Origin: Bigelowiella natans CCMP2755 | Lineage: Eukaryota > Protista > Cercozoa | DNA: 64,000 nucleotides | Direction of reading: 5' to 3' | NCBI GenBank assembly: GCA_000320545.1 | Contig: ADNK01000550.1 | Span: 1-64,000, forward strand | Shown here: one piece after another, positions 1 to 9,379 of the stretch | Position numbering within the stretch: position 1 is the stretch's first letter | Layout of the letters: each line of letters opens with the position of its first letter | The notes under the pieces: model-generated | Database searches by the model: none | What the model saw: the letters and a program-made list of their open reading frames with translations, nothing else | Told to the model about the DNA's origin: nothing | Program-made: the position numbers and the translations under genes

Positions 1-861
1 AAACACAAATCTCAACTCGTACCTCCTGCAAAATCAGCCATTCTCCACGCCGCTTGAACAGCCTCTTCGTCTCGCTCTCCTGGAGGCTGTGGGCTATGTA
101 CGAATGATCTACAGCGCTTAATGACTTACTTTAGGTAGTAATCGATATAAATGAACTTCCCTTATACGAGTGATAACTATGAATGTAATTCTCGATATCG
201 ATGTTTTCGAATTTTGATGAGTTGAGCTTCCGCTGAGGTTGACTAATAGTTTCGCTCTATTGACGGCTCTGATGGCGATGTGAGTAAGCCACGCTAGTTC
301 TGGACTCATGACATGTAGTGATCGAGGGGTGCACACTTTCTGCATAGTCATGATGAGGACAAAAGAAAAAATGGGTAGGGGACAGGGTGGACGTAGACAG
401 GTTGGGATGGGGTTTGAGGCAACAAATCAATTTTTTAGCTCGTAATTTCCTACGATCTTTTCTCGATGTTGTTAGAGTTGTTGTAGGATGTTGTTGGTTG
501 TTTTGGATTTCGCGAATTCGTCCGTGAATGTTCGAGATGATTCCAGAATTTCGGACAGCACACCAATCATGGAAATCACCTGCATTTTGTAGCAAAATTC
601 TAGAAAAACACCAGAAAGTTGCAACTGAATTTTCTCTCACTAAAACAGGACTGCGAAACTCCCCCCCTTACCCATTTGAAGCGGCAGACCCTTCCCTTCT
701 CTTCTTTTGAGCACAGCCATCAGTGAGCAAGGTCAGTGAGTCTGGGCCAAGTGCTGATTCAGAAACCACCCCCCCCCCAAACGTGAACTTGAGGACTTGT
801 TGCTCAATCCTGTGTGTAGGTCTATTGGCTTAGATTTTAGTGTGCCCAACTCCTCTTCGCA

Positions 862-3800
862 ATGACAAGCAGGGAGCTTCTCCATGCGAGTAAGAATGGC
901 CACACCGACACCGCAAAACTATTGATTGAGAACCGAGCTAATCTTGAGGCAAAGGACAAGAATGGTTTGACCGCTCTCAGTTGGGCGAGTCATCAGGGCC
1001 ACACCGACACCGCAAAACTATTGATTGAGAAAAGAGCTAATCTTGAGGCAGAAAACAAGAATGGTGTGACCCCTCTCAGTTGTGCGAGTAGTCAGGGCCA
1101 CACCGACACCGCAAAACTATTGATTGAGAAAGGAGCTAATCTTGAGGCAAAATACAACGATGGTAGGACCGCTCTCAGTTGGGCGAGTAGTAAGGGCCAC
1201 ACCGACACCGCAAAACTATTGATTGAGAAAGGAGCTAATCTTGAGGCAAAAGACAACGATGGCAGGACCGCTCTCTGTTGGGCGAGTAGTCAGGGCCACA
1301 CCGACACCGCAAAACTGTTGATTGAGAAAGGAGCTAATCTTGAGGCAGAAAACAAGAATGGTGTGACCCCTCTCAGTTGTGCGAGTAGTCAGGGCCACAC
1401 CGACACCGCAAAACTATTGATTGAGAAAGGAGCTAATCTTGAGGTAGAAAACAAGACTGGCAGTGCCCCTCTCATTTGTGCGAGTTGTCTGGGCCACACC
1501 GACACCGCAAAACTATTGATTGAGAAAGGAGCTAATCTTGAGGCAAAACACAACGATGGTAGGACCGCTCTCAGTTGGGCGAGTAGTGAGGGCCACACCG
1601 ACACCGCAAAACTATTGATTGAGAAAGGAGCTAATCTTGAGGCAAAATGCAACGATGGCAGGACCGCTCTCTATTGGGCGAGTAGTCGGGGCCACACCGA
1701 CACCGCAAAACTATTGATTGAGAAAGGAGCTAATCTTGAGGCAGAAAAAAAGAATGGTATGACCCCTCTTATTTGTGCGAGTAGTCGGGGCCACACCGAC
1801 ACCGCAAAACTATTGATTGAGAAAGGAGCTAATCTCAAGGCAAAGGACAAGAATGGTTTGACCGCTCTCAGTTACGCGAGTGGTCTGGGCCACACCGACA
1901 CCGCAAAACTATTGATTGAGAAAGGAGCTAATCTTGAGGCAAAAGACAACGATGGCAGGACCGCTCTCAGTTGTGCGAGTAGTCAGGGCCACACCGACAC
2001 CGCAAAACTGTTGATTGAGAAAGGAGCTAATCTTGAGGCAGAAAAAAAGAATGGTATAACCCCTCTTCTTTCTGCATGTAGTTATGGCAAGACCGACACC
2101 GCAAAACTATTGATTGAGAAAGGAGCTAATCTTGAGGCAGAAAAAAAGAATGGTATAACCCCTCTTCTTTCTGCATGTAGTTATGGCCACACCGACACCG
2201 CAAAACTATTGATTGAGAAACGAGCTAATCTTGAGGCAAAGGACAAGAATGGCAGTACCGCTCTCATTTTGGCGAGTTATCAGGGCCACACCGACACCGC
2301 AAAACTATTGATTGAGAAAGGAGTTAATCTTGAGGCAAAATGCAACGATGGCAGTGCCGCTCTCATTTTGGCGAGTTATCAGGGCCACACCGACACCGCA
2401 AAACTATTGATTGAGATACGAGCTAATCTTGAGGCAAAGGACAAGTATGGTAGGACCGCTCTCAGTTGTGCGAGTAGTCAGGGCCACACCGACACCGCAA
2501 AACTGTTGATTGAGAAAGGAGCTAATCTTGAGGCAAAAGACGATGATGGCAACACCCCTCTCAGTTGGGCGAGTAGTAAGGGCCACACCGACACCTCAAA
2601 ACTATTGATTGAGAAAGGAGCTAATCTTGAGGCAAAATGCAACGATGGCAGTGCCGCTCTCATTTTGGCGAGTTATCAGGGCCACACCGACACCGGTGGT
2701 ATGACCCCCATCAGTTTTGCAATTTGTCATGGCCACACCGAAACCGCAAAACTATTGATTGAGAAAGGAGCTAATCTTGAGGCAGAAAGCAACGGTGGTA
2801 TGACCCCCATCAGTTTTGCAATTTATCATGGCCACACCGACACCGCAAAACTGTTGGTTGAGAAAGGAGCTAATGCTAATGTTGGAGCAAAATGCGGAGA
2901 TGGCAGTACCCCTCTCCATCGGGCGAGTCATCATGGTGAGAACGACATCGCAACATTGTTGATTGAGAAAAAAGCAAATCTTGAGGCAAAAGACGATGAT
3001 GGCAATACCCCTCTCAGTTGTGCGAGTGCTAATGGCAAGACCGATACCGCAATGCTGTTGATTGAAAAAGGAGCAAACACCAAAAATTTGAGTTTGCCGT
3101 TGGCTTGTTCTGGAGGTCTCGTCGACATTGTGCACCTCTTGATCAAGAAAAAGGCTGACCCTTTCGTTGAATTAGAAGGGAAAACGGCACTGGTGTTGGC
3201 TAAAGAAAAGCGAAAACATGATGTAGTTGCGATTTTGGAAGAGTATATAAAAAATTGGGTGATGCTTCACAAGGCTTGCGAAAAAGGCAACATTGACATA
3301 GTGAAGTTGTTAATTAAAAATGAGGCTGACCTTGAGGTAAGAGATGAAGATGGCAACACTCCTCTCTCTTGTGCGACCAAAAAAGGCCACATCGACATCG
3401 CAAAATTACTGATTGAGAACAAAGCTAACCTTGATGCGAAAGACAAGAATGATAATACCCCTCTCATTTTGGTGAGCAAGAATGGCATGACCGACATCGC
3501 AAAATTACTGATTGAGAACAAAGCTAACCTTGATGCGAAAGACAAGAATGACAATACCCCTCTCATTTTGGTGAGTAAGAATGGCACAACCGACATCGCA
3601 AAATTACTGATTGAGAACAAAGCTAACCTTGATGCGAAAGACAAGAATGATGACACCCCTCTCATTTTGGTGAGTAAGAATGGCACAACCGACATCGCAA
3701 AATTACTGATTGAGAAAAAAGCTAATCTTGAGGCAAAAGACAAGAATGATGATGCCCCTCTCATTTTGGTGAGTAAGAATGGCATGACCGATATCGCAAA

Positions 3801-4260
3801 AACACTGATTGAGAACAAAGCTGATCTTGACACAAAAGACAAGGATGGCAATGCTCCTCTCATGTTGGCGAATAAGAATGGCAAGATCGACATCGCACAA
3901 CTGTTGATTGAGAATGGGGCAGATACTAAAAAGGCTTCTGTTTGGGTAGCAATGGAGGGTCGCAACGACCTGGCAAAACTCTTCATCGAGGCAGAAGCAA
4001 AGTGGCTCGCAAAATCAGAGACAAAGGCAAAACGACATGAGGAAACGAATGAAAGTGAAGAGACGAAAGAAGAAGACGAGAAAGAAGAATTGAAACCAGA
4101 AGCGAACGAATTAAAGATTGATGATGAAGATGAAGCAGACAGTTTGAGAGAAGAATTAAAACAACAAAAAGAATTAAACAAAAAAACAGTCCATCTCTTA
4201 CTCTCATTGCTTGTGATCATAATTTCAGTGTGTCTGCACCAAATATTGGGAAAGATGTGA
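862..4260 (+). CDS. Ankyrin-repeat protein (~30 repeats) with acidic/coiled-coil stalk and C-terminal transmembrane helix
   Basis: 33-aa repeats G.T(P/A)L..AS..GHTDTAKLLIEKGANLEA; second repeat type NKANLDAKDKNDNTPLILVSKNG at ~3400-3900; hydrophobic tail VHLLLSLLVIIISVCL. Confidence 0.97.
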   Translation: MTSRELLHASKNGHTDTAKLLIENRANLEAKDKNGLTALSWASHQGHTDTAKLLIEKRANLEAENKNGVTPLSCASSQGHTDTAKLLIEKGANLEAKYNDGRTALSWASSKGHTDTAKLLIEKGANLEAKDNDGRTALCWASSQGHTDTAKLLIEKGANLEAENKNGVTPLSCASSQGHTDTAKLLIEKGANLEVENKTGSAPLICASCLGHTDTAKLLIEKGANLEAKHNDGRTALSWASSEGHTDTAKLLIEKGANLEAKCNDGRTALYWASSRGHTDTAKLLIEKGANLEAEKKNGMTPLICASSRGHTDTAKLLIEKGANLKAKDKNGLTALSYASGLGHTDTAKLLIEKGANLEAKDNDGRTALSCASSQGHTDTAKLLIEKGANLEAEKKNGITPLLSACSYGKTDTAKLLIEKGANLEAEKKNGITPLLSACSYGHTDTAKLLIEKRANLEAKDKNGSTALILASYQGHTDTAKLLIEKGVNLEAKCNDGSAALILASYQGHTDTAKLLIEIRANLEAKDKYGRTALSCASSQGHTDTAKLLIEKGANLEAKDDDGNTPLSWASSKGHTDTSKLLIEKGANLEAKCNDGSAALILASYQGHTDTGGMTPISFAICHGHTETAKLLIEKGANLEAESNGGMTPISFAIYHGHTDTAKLLVEKGANANVGAKCGDGSTPLHRASHHGENDIATLLIEKKANLEAKDDDGNTPLSCASANGKTDTAMLLIEKGANTKNLSLPLACSGGLVDIVHLLIKKKADPFVELEGKTALVLAKEKRKHDVVAILEEYIKNWVMLHKACEKGNIDIVKLLIKNEADLEVRDEDGNTPLSCATKKGHIDIAKLLIENKANLDAKDKNDNTPLILVSKNGMTDIAKLLIENKANLDAKDKNDNTPLILVSKNGTTDIAKLLIENKANLDAKDKNDDTPLILVSKNGTTDIAKLLIEKKANLEAKDKNDDAPLILVSKNGMTDIAKTLIENKADLDTKDKDGNAPLMLANKNGKIDIAQLLIENGADTKKASVWVAMEGRNDLAKLFIEAEAKWLAKSETKAKRHEETNESEETKEEDEKEELKPEANELKIDDEDEADSLREELKQQKELNKKTVHLLLSLLVIIISVCLHQILGKM
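895..2880 (+). repeat. 99-bp tandem repeat (ankyrin coding units), about 21 copies
   Basis: Near-invariant core ggccacaccgacaccgcaaaactattgattgagaaaggagctaatcttgaggca recurs every 99 bp; one unit is truncated at ~2693. Confidence 0.97.
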
Positions 4261-4713
4261 TTTTTTTCCTCTTTTTGCAACATCTAAAACATCACAAATG
4301 AGCAATTGCAAGTTTGCATCCTGCGATTAAAAATGAAAGTGAGCAACATGCCATCGATGCAAAAAATGCATCCTGCGCTACACAATTCTGCATTCAATGT
4401 CAACACGGATCGGGGTCATCATCTGTGCGTCGGATGCATGTCCTCTCAGCAACATTGCGCATTTACGCTGTTAACAGTCATCAGGGTTGCACTCAACGTC
4501 CTATGAACATTTGCGCGTGCATTGATTGTGTTTTTGTCATTTTCGCAACGTGAAAGTCGATGCACGTGTCACAGACAACGTGCACACACAGGGACTCTAC
4601 AAGTCCACATACTCGGTTGTTAAACCAAGCATTTTTTTTTAGTCGACAATGAGGACACATTTCATCAAATTTTTGTTCTGAAATTCACACAAACAGCAAA
4701 CAACAAACACGCA

Positions 4714-5349
4714 ATGGATGATGAAAAACAGTCCAATCAATTTGTTGACACGATCAAATGCAGCGGTTCTACCCCAACAAACTACAATGTAGACGAATCT
4801 CATCACCAGCGCACACACTGCCACAGGCGACCACGCTGTACAAAACACAATCTTTACCTCAAAAAGCCCAAAAAATACAAGAGGTCACGCAAGTCAATAC
4901 TTGGAGGCGCAGAAAGAACGTATCATCGACACTGCATGAACGACAAAGAAGCCGAAGCTTACAAACTTCAAATGCAAAGAGAAGGCATAGAAGACATCAA
5001 AAAGGCACCACTTTACAAGCAACTTCCCAAACCTTACGTGGTGAAAAACCCACGACATCAGAAGATGCCAATCGAAAAAAACAAACAAAAGAAAAACTCA
5101 GGTGGACCGAACGTTGACGAAAACTTGAACATTTTTTTGAAATTTTCGCTTGGAGAAAATGATGGCAATGCCCCTCCTGTTTTGGCGAGCAATGATAAGA
5201 ATGGCAAGACCAACATCGCAAAACTGTTGATCAAGAATGCGGCAGACACCAAAAAGGATTCCATTTGGGTAGCAAAGGAGGGTCGCAACGACCTGGCAAA
5301 ACTCTTTGACAAGACGGAGGCAAAGTGGCTCGTAAAATCAGAGAATTGA
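4714..5349 (+). CDS. Chimeric hypothetical protein; C-terminus is a diverged copy of the ankyrin gene's 3' part
   Basis: 5161-5343 aligns to 3844-4020 (DGNAP...WVA.EGRNDLAKLF...EAKWL.KSE). Confidence 0.6.
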   Translation: MDDEKQSNQFVDTIKCSGSTPTNYNVDESHHQRTHCHRRPRCTKHNLYLKKPKKYKRSRKSILGGAERTYHRHCMNDKEAEAYKLQMQREGIEDIKKAPLYKQLPKPYVVKNPRHQKMPIEKNKQKKNSGGPNVDENLNIFLKFSLGENDGNAPPVLASNDKNGKTNIAKLLIKNAADTKKDSIWVAKEGRNDLAKLFDKTEAKWLVKSEN

Positions 5350-5720
5350 ATGTAAAATGACACAAGGAAACGAATGTGAAGGGATCAAAGGGGATGCATG
5401 CATGTTTCATTTTCGCCGCTGCAACTTTTGTGCCCTTGCATGGCCTCATGAAGCTACACAGCGTGTACGTGCAAGGACACACAAGTCCCTGTGCGTGCAT
5501 GCTGTCTGTGACATGTCAACACTGAGAAGAAATTAGTTGATTCATTGCTAGCTTGCAACTTGGGTGAAGATCACAGGGAAACAAATGAAAACAAGGACAA
5601 ACGAGGTCGCTCATTGGTCCGTCGTTAGTTGCGTTTACAAGGTCTCGAGATTTGGTTGGAGAACACAAGAAGCATTTGTGACCAACTCCAAAACACAGTT
5701 CACCAAAACTGTCTATTCGC

Positions 5721-7282
5721 TCATTCGCAAGATGATGACGATGACGATGATTCGTTAAATTTCACATTGAAATGATCATTTTTGACAATCTGATGGTTGT
5801 CGTCGTCGTAGAACATGTAATGCACTTCTCTCAAAGATGTGTCAGAATTCTGTGAGGGCTTTAGTATTTCTTTCAGAAGCGCGTGCAATGCCTCCAATCT
5901 CTCTTTGAATGAGATTTTTGAATGCTTTGACTTTCGCGAAATGTGGTGTGGTCTTCGTTTGTCGGGATTGAAACGAATGAAAATTTTGCGTTTGAAGCCG
6001 TCGAAGTCATTGTCCATGATGTCGGCCATCCTTTTCGCTTCGCATTTGCATGACCCATTTTAGCTTCGTGTTGATGTTCATCGCATTCAATGGCGACAAT
6101 TACGTCGATCCCAGTCAGTGTGACATCAGGCCTCTTCTTTGAACAACCGCCGAGAGATGCCAGTTGTCGATCGTGGGAAGTGATCGGGTAATTCTTTGAT
6201 TTGAGAAATTTCAGCATCTTGATCTCTTTCCTCTCTAGTTTGCCCGTCACCTTGTTGTGACACTGTCTGCAAATCATGTTTTCGTTCTTGTGCATGTCTT
6301 TGTGTGGAATCAGTCGATATCTTTTCTTAGAACAGTAGTTGCACTCTTTGTCACCCATGTCGTGAAAGCATTCCATGTGCCTGATCAAATTGCCCTTTAG
6401 TGAAGCCGAGTAGCCACAGCCTTGAAATTTGCATTTGTGCGGCTTCAGCTTTTCGTGAACGGCTCGCACGTGCATGACCAAATTGCTCTTTAGTGAAGTC
6501 GAGAAGCCACAGTCTTGAAATTTGCATTTGTGCGGCTTTAGCTTTTCGTGAACGGCTCGCACGTGTGTGACCAAATTGCTCTTTAGTGAAGTCGAGAAGC
6601 CACAGTCTTGAAATTTGCATTTGTGCGGCTTTAGCTTTTCGTGAACGGCTCGCACGTGTGTGACCAAATTGCTCTTTAGTGAAGTCGAGTAGTCACAGCC
6701 TTGAAATTTGCATTTGTGCGGCTTTAGCTTTTCGTGAACGGCTCGCACATGCCTGACCAAAACGCCCTTTAGTGAAGTCGAGTAGTCACAGCCTTGAAAT
6801 TTGCATTTGTGCGGCTTTAGCTTTTCGTGAACGGCTCGCACGTGCATGACCAAATCGCCCTTGCGTGAAGCCGAGTAGTCACAGCCTTGAAATTTGCATT
6901 TGTGCGGCTTCAGCTTTTCGTGAACGGCTCGCACGTGCATGACCAAATTGCTCTTTAGTGAAGTCGAGAAGCCACAGTCTTGAAATTTGCATTTGTGCGG
7001 CTTTAGCTTTTCGTGAACGGCTCGCACGTGTGTGACCAAATCGCCCTTGCGTGAAGTCGAGTAGTCACAGCCTTGAAATTTGCATTTGTGCGGCTTTAGC
7101 TTTTCGTGAACGGCTCGCACGTGTGTGACCAAATTGCTCTTTAGTGAAGTCGAGAAGCCACAGCCTTGAAATTTGCATTTGTGCGGCTTTAGCTTTTGCT
7201 TGTGTTTTTTGTTTTTTTGCATTGCCTCAAGTTCATCAAGCTTGCGTTTAGGAGCATTTGTCTCATTGACCACACCGTTCAT
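5721..7282 (-). CDS. C2H2 zinc-finger array (9 fingers) fused to giant-virus PD-(D/E)XK endonuclease; 1-nt frameshift at ~6058-6061 (pseudogene or sequencing error)
   Basis: Fingers Cx4C..Hx4H with EKLKPH linker; nuclease motifs KKRPDV...VAIECDEHQH in ORF 5873..7282 continue as CEAKRM...FIRFNPD...HYMFYD in ORF 5721..6029; one extra A in the A4 run joins them. Confidence 0.88.
6361..7195 (-). repeat. 90-bp tandem repeat (zinc-finger units), 9 copies
   Basis: gaaatttgcatttgtgcggctt recurs every 90 bp. Confidence 0.97.
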
Positions 7283-7363
7283 TGTTTTGGAATTTGAAAC
7301 ACGATCAAGATGTTTGAGTTTGGAAATTGCTTGATGTGCTCAAAATTGTGTGTGTGTGTGTGT

Positions 7364-7521
7364 CGGCTGGACAATCAAAACAACAAACAGGCGTTCGGCT
7401 TGACAATCAAAACAACAAACAGGCGTTCGGCTTGACGATCAAAACAACACTGTGCGTTCGGCTTGGCAATCAAAACAACAAACAGGCGTTCGGCTTGACA
7501 TTCAAAACAACACCATGCGTT
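7364..7521. repeat. 5 x 31-32-bp tandem repeat upstream of the ZF-nuclease gene
   Basis: Unit cggcttgacaatcaaaacaacaaacaggcgtt at 7364, 7396, 7428, 7459, 7491; preceded by a (tg)n tract. Confidence 0.95.
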
Positions 7522-8141
7522 TAGTAAAAAGTGCCCAAAATGCTAACAATGGTAGATTTTCATCATTTGACAATTCGATTGGAAATGAAACCAAATTTCA
7601 CAAAATAATGTTGCCTGATTTTAGACCTCCATGAAGCATCCAATGTTTTGATTACGAGTGCGGGCGGTTTTGTTTTGCCGATTTTGAACAATTGTCTGAC
7701 AGAGGACTTGTCGTCTTTGCAATTTGGTGGCGAATTCCAATGCACTGTTTTTTCATCCTTGTCGCCATTCTGCAATTCAGGTCAATTTTGGTCATTTCGA
7801 AAGGACCGGTCAGTCAATTTGGAAATCAAAACACATCATGACATGAAAGGTCGTTTCTTGTGTTTTTGGCCTGAAATGTCATGTCGTAAATCTGCATCTG
7901 TCATGACCACACAAAACAATGAAATTCACTTCTCAAATCAGAAGACAACGTTGCTCGTTTTTTTCAAATTGTGCATGTTTCCTTGTCGCATTTTGAATTT
8001 TGGGTCATTTCTTTGTCGTTTCAAAAGGGTCAGATGAATTTGAAATTGCTTCGACTTTGAGTCCGTTCTCATGACTTTGTCGATCATGTCTCAGAGAATC
8101 TCAGGAAATCTCCATGGCATCATGTCATTTAAATGTATCGT

Positions 8142-8637
8142 TTTGACCGTCAATGCAGTGCAAAATGAAATCTGAGAATTGCGTGGATTTCCTCGAGATC
8201 TCCCAACATCGTTGTCTAAAGGTATAGGTAGCTTTTGGGTAAAGGTAGCTTTTAGGTAAAGGTACATGGTGTGGGTAAAAAGTGTAGGTAAGGTGAGTGA
8301 GCATGTTTAGCGTGTCGTAGGACAAAAACCTACTTTTACTAAAAACATGTACCTTTACCTAAAAGCTACCTTTACCCAAAAGCTACCTATACCTTTAGGT
8401 TTTGACCTTCATGAAAATAAATGTTTTTCAAATTCTCAGATTTCATTTTGCACTGCATTAACGGTCAAAGCAGTGATTTACGAACATGGCATTGCGTGGA
8501 TTTCCTCGAGATCTCCCAACATCGTTGTGTGGATTCAGAAAAAATGACCTCGATTTCAAAAAATATTTCACATTTCACTCGTGTAAAATTTGACTAGGTT
8601 TTTGTCCTACGACACGCTAAACATGCTCACTCACCTT
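8142..8637. repeat. Nested inverted/direct repeat element A-B-C-D-C'-A'-B-D'
   Basis: A 8142-8180 / A' 8431-8469 (1 mismatch); B 8178-8215 = 8491-8528 direct; C 8216-8268 / C' 8346-8398 perfect 53-bp IR; D 8290-8332 / D' 8595-8637 perfect 43-bp IR. Confidence 0.95.
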
Positions 8638-8834
8638 CAAATTGTGAAAAATGTTTTGTAGGGACTCCAATCGCATAGATGTTCATCTTAGCAAGGCCAA
8701 CGCAGAAGGAACACTATTGTCTTAAATCATGGCTGTCATGCCACGTTGCACTGCAGCAGAGACACTCGATGATGTCGAAAAGGGTTAGATCATCGAGTCG
8801 CTGCATGAACATTGCCTCTCTGTGATGACTATTC

Positions 8835-9356
8835 GTGACACCATGCCATAGCTGGTACCCTGTAGCAGATTATTTTGTCGCTTTTATCAAAAAGAACTGC
8901 TGTGTGTTGTCGCTTGTAAAAAATAGTGGGGATGTCAGGACACATTGCACAAAGGCTCTTTGGCATGCTGCCTACCCCCCCCCCCTGAACATGAACGCAA
9001 GGCTCAGAGAAATGTTGTCGTGCGTTCATGACTTGAAGCGAGGAATAAAGATTTTGGAATCTGTGGTGCTAAAGTCTATGAAACGCCACAGACAGGAAGG
9101 AAAAAGAAATCCTGGAAGGCCTCGTAAGCGCAGAACAATGTTAGAGGCAGAGCAGACTGTTAACGTGCCAGTGGTTAAAAGAAAAAGGGGCAGGCCGCGT
9201 AAAAATCAACAGAGAAGTGCCAATGAAAGCACACCAGTGCTTACTCGTAAACACAGACCGCGAAAGGATGTCAAGGAGGAGATAGCCATACCGACTAGAA
9301 GGAGCAAAAGACGCAAGCGTTTTCCAGACACTTGCGGGGCATATTTACGAAAGTGA
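8835..9356 (+). CDS. AT-hook-containing basic protein (5' end possibly degraded)
   Basis: PGRPRK and KRGRPRK AT-hook motifs, plus degenerate HRPRK; GTG start. Confidence 0.6.
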   Translation: MTPCHSWYPVADYFVAFIKKNCCVLSLVKNSGDVRTHCTKALWHAAYPPPLNMNARLREMLSCVHDLKRGIKILESVVLKSMKRHRQEGKRNPGRPRKRRTMLEAEQTVNVPVVKRKRGRPRKNQQRSANESTPVLTRKHRPRKDVKEEIAIPTRRSKRRKRFPDTCGAYLRK

Positions 9357-9379
9357 TGTTTCCTGGCGTCAATCGTCAA

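Noticed and set aside
895-2880. CRISPR-like constant/variable alternation
   Set aside because: In-frame 99-bp ankyrin units; the variable parts are homologous to each other; no cas genes.
3267-4283. 338-aa antisense ORF and many other antisense or overlapping ORFs
   Set aside because: Shadows of real genes, favoured by repeats and the scarcity of TA-containing stops.
7364-7521. Mini-CRISPR
   Set aside because: Units are directly adjacent with no spacers.
8142-8637. Classical MITE/IS with TIRs and TSD
   Set aside because: The inverted pairs are interleaved rather than terminal; no TSD or transposase seen.
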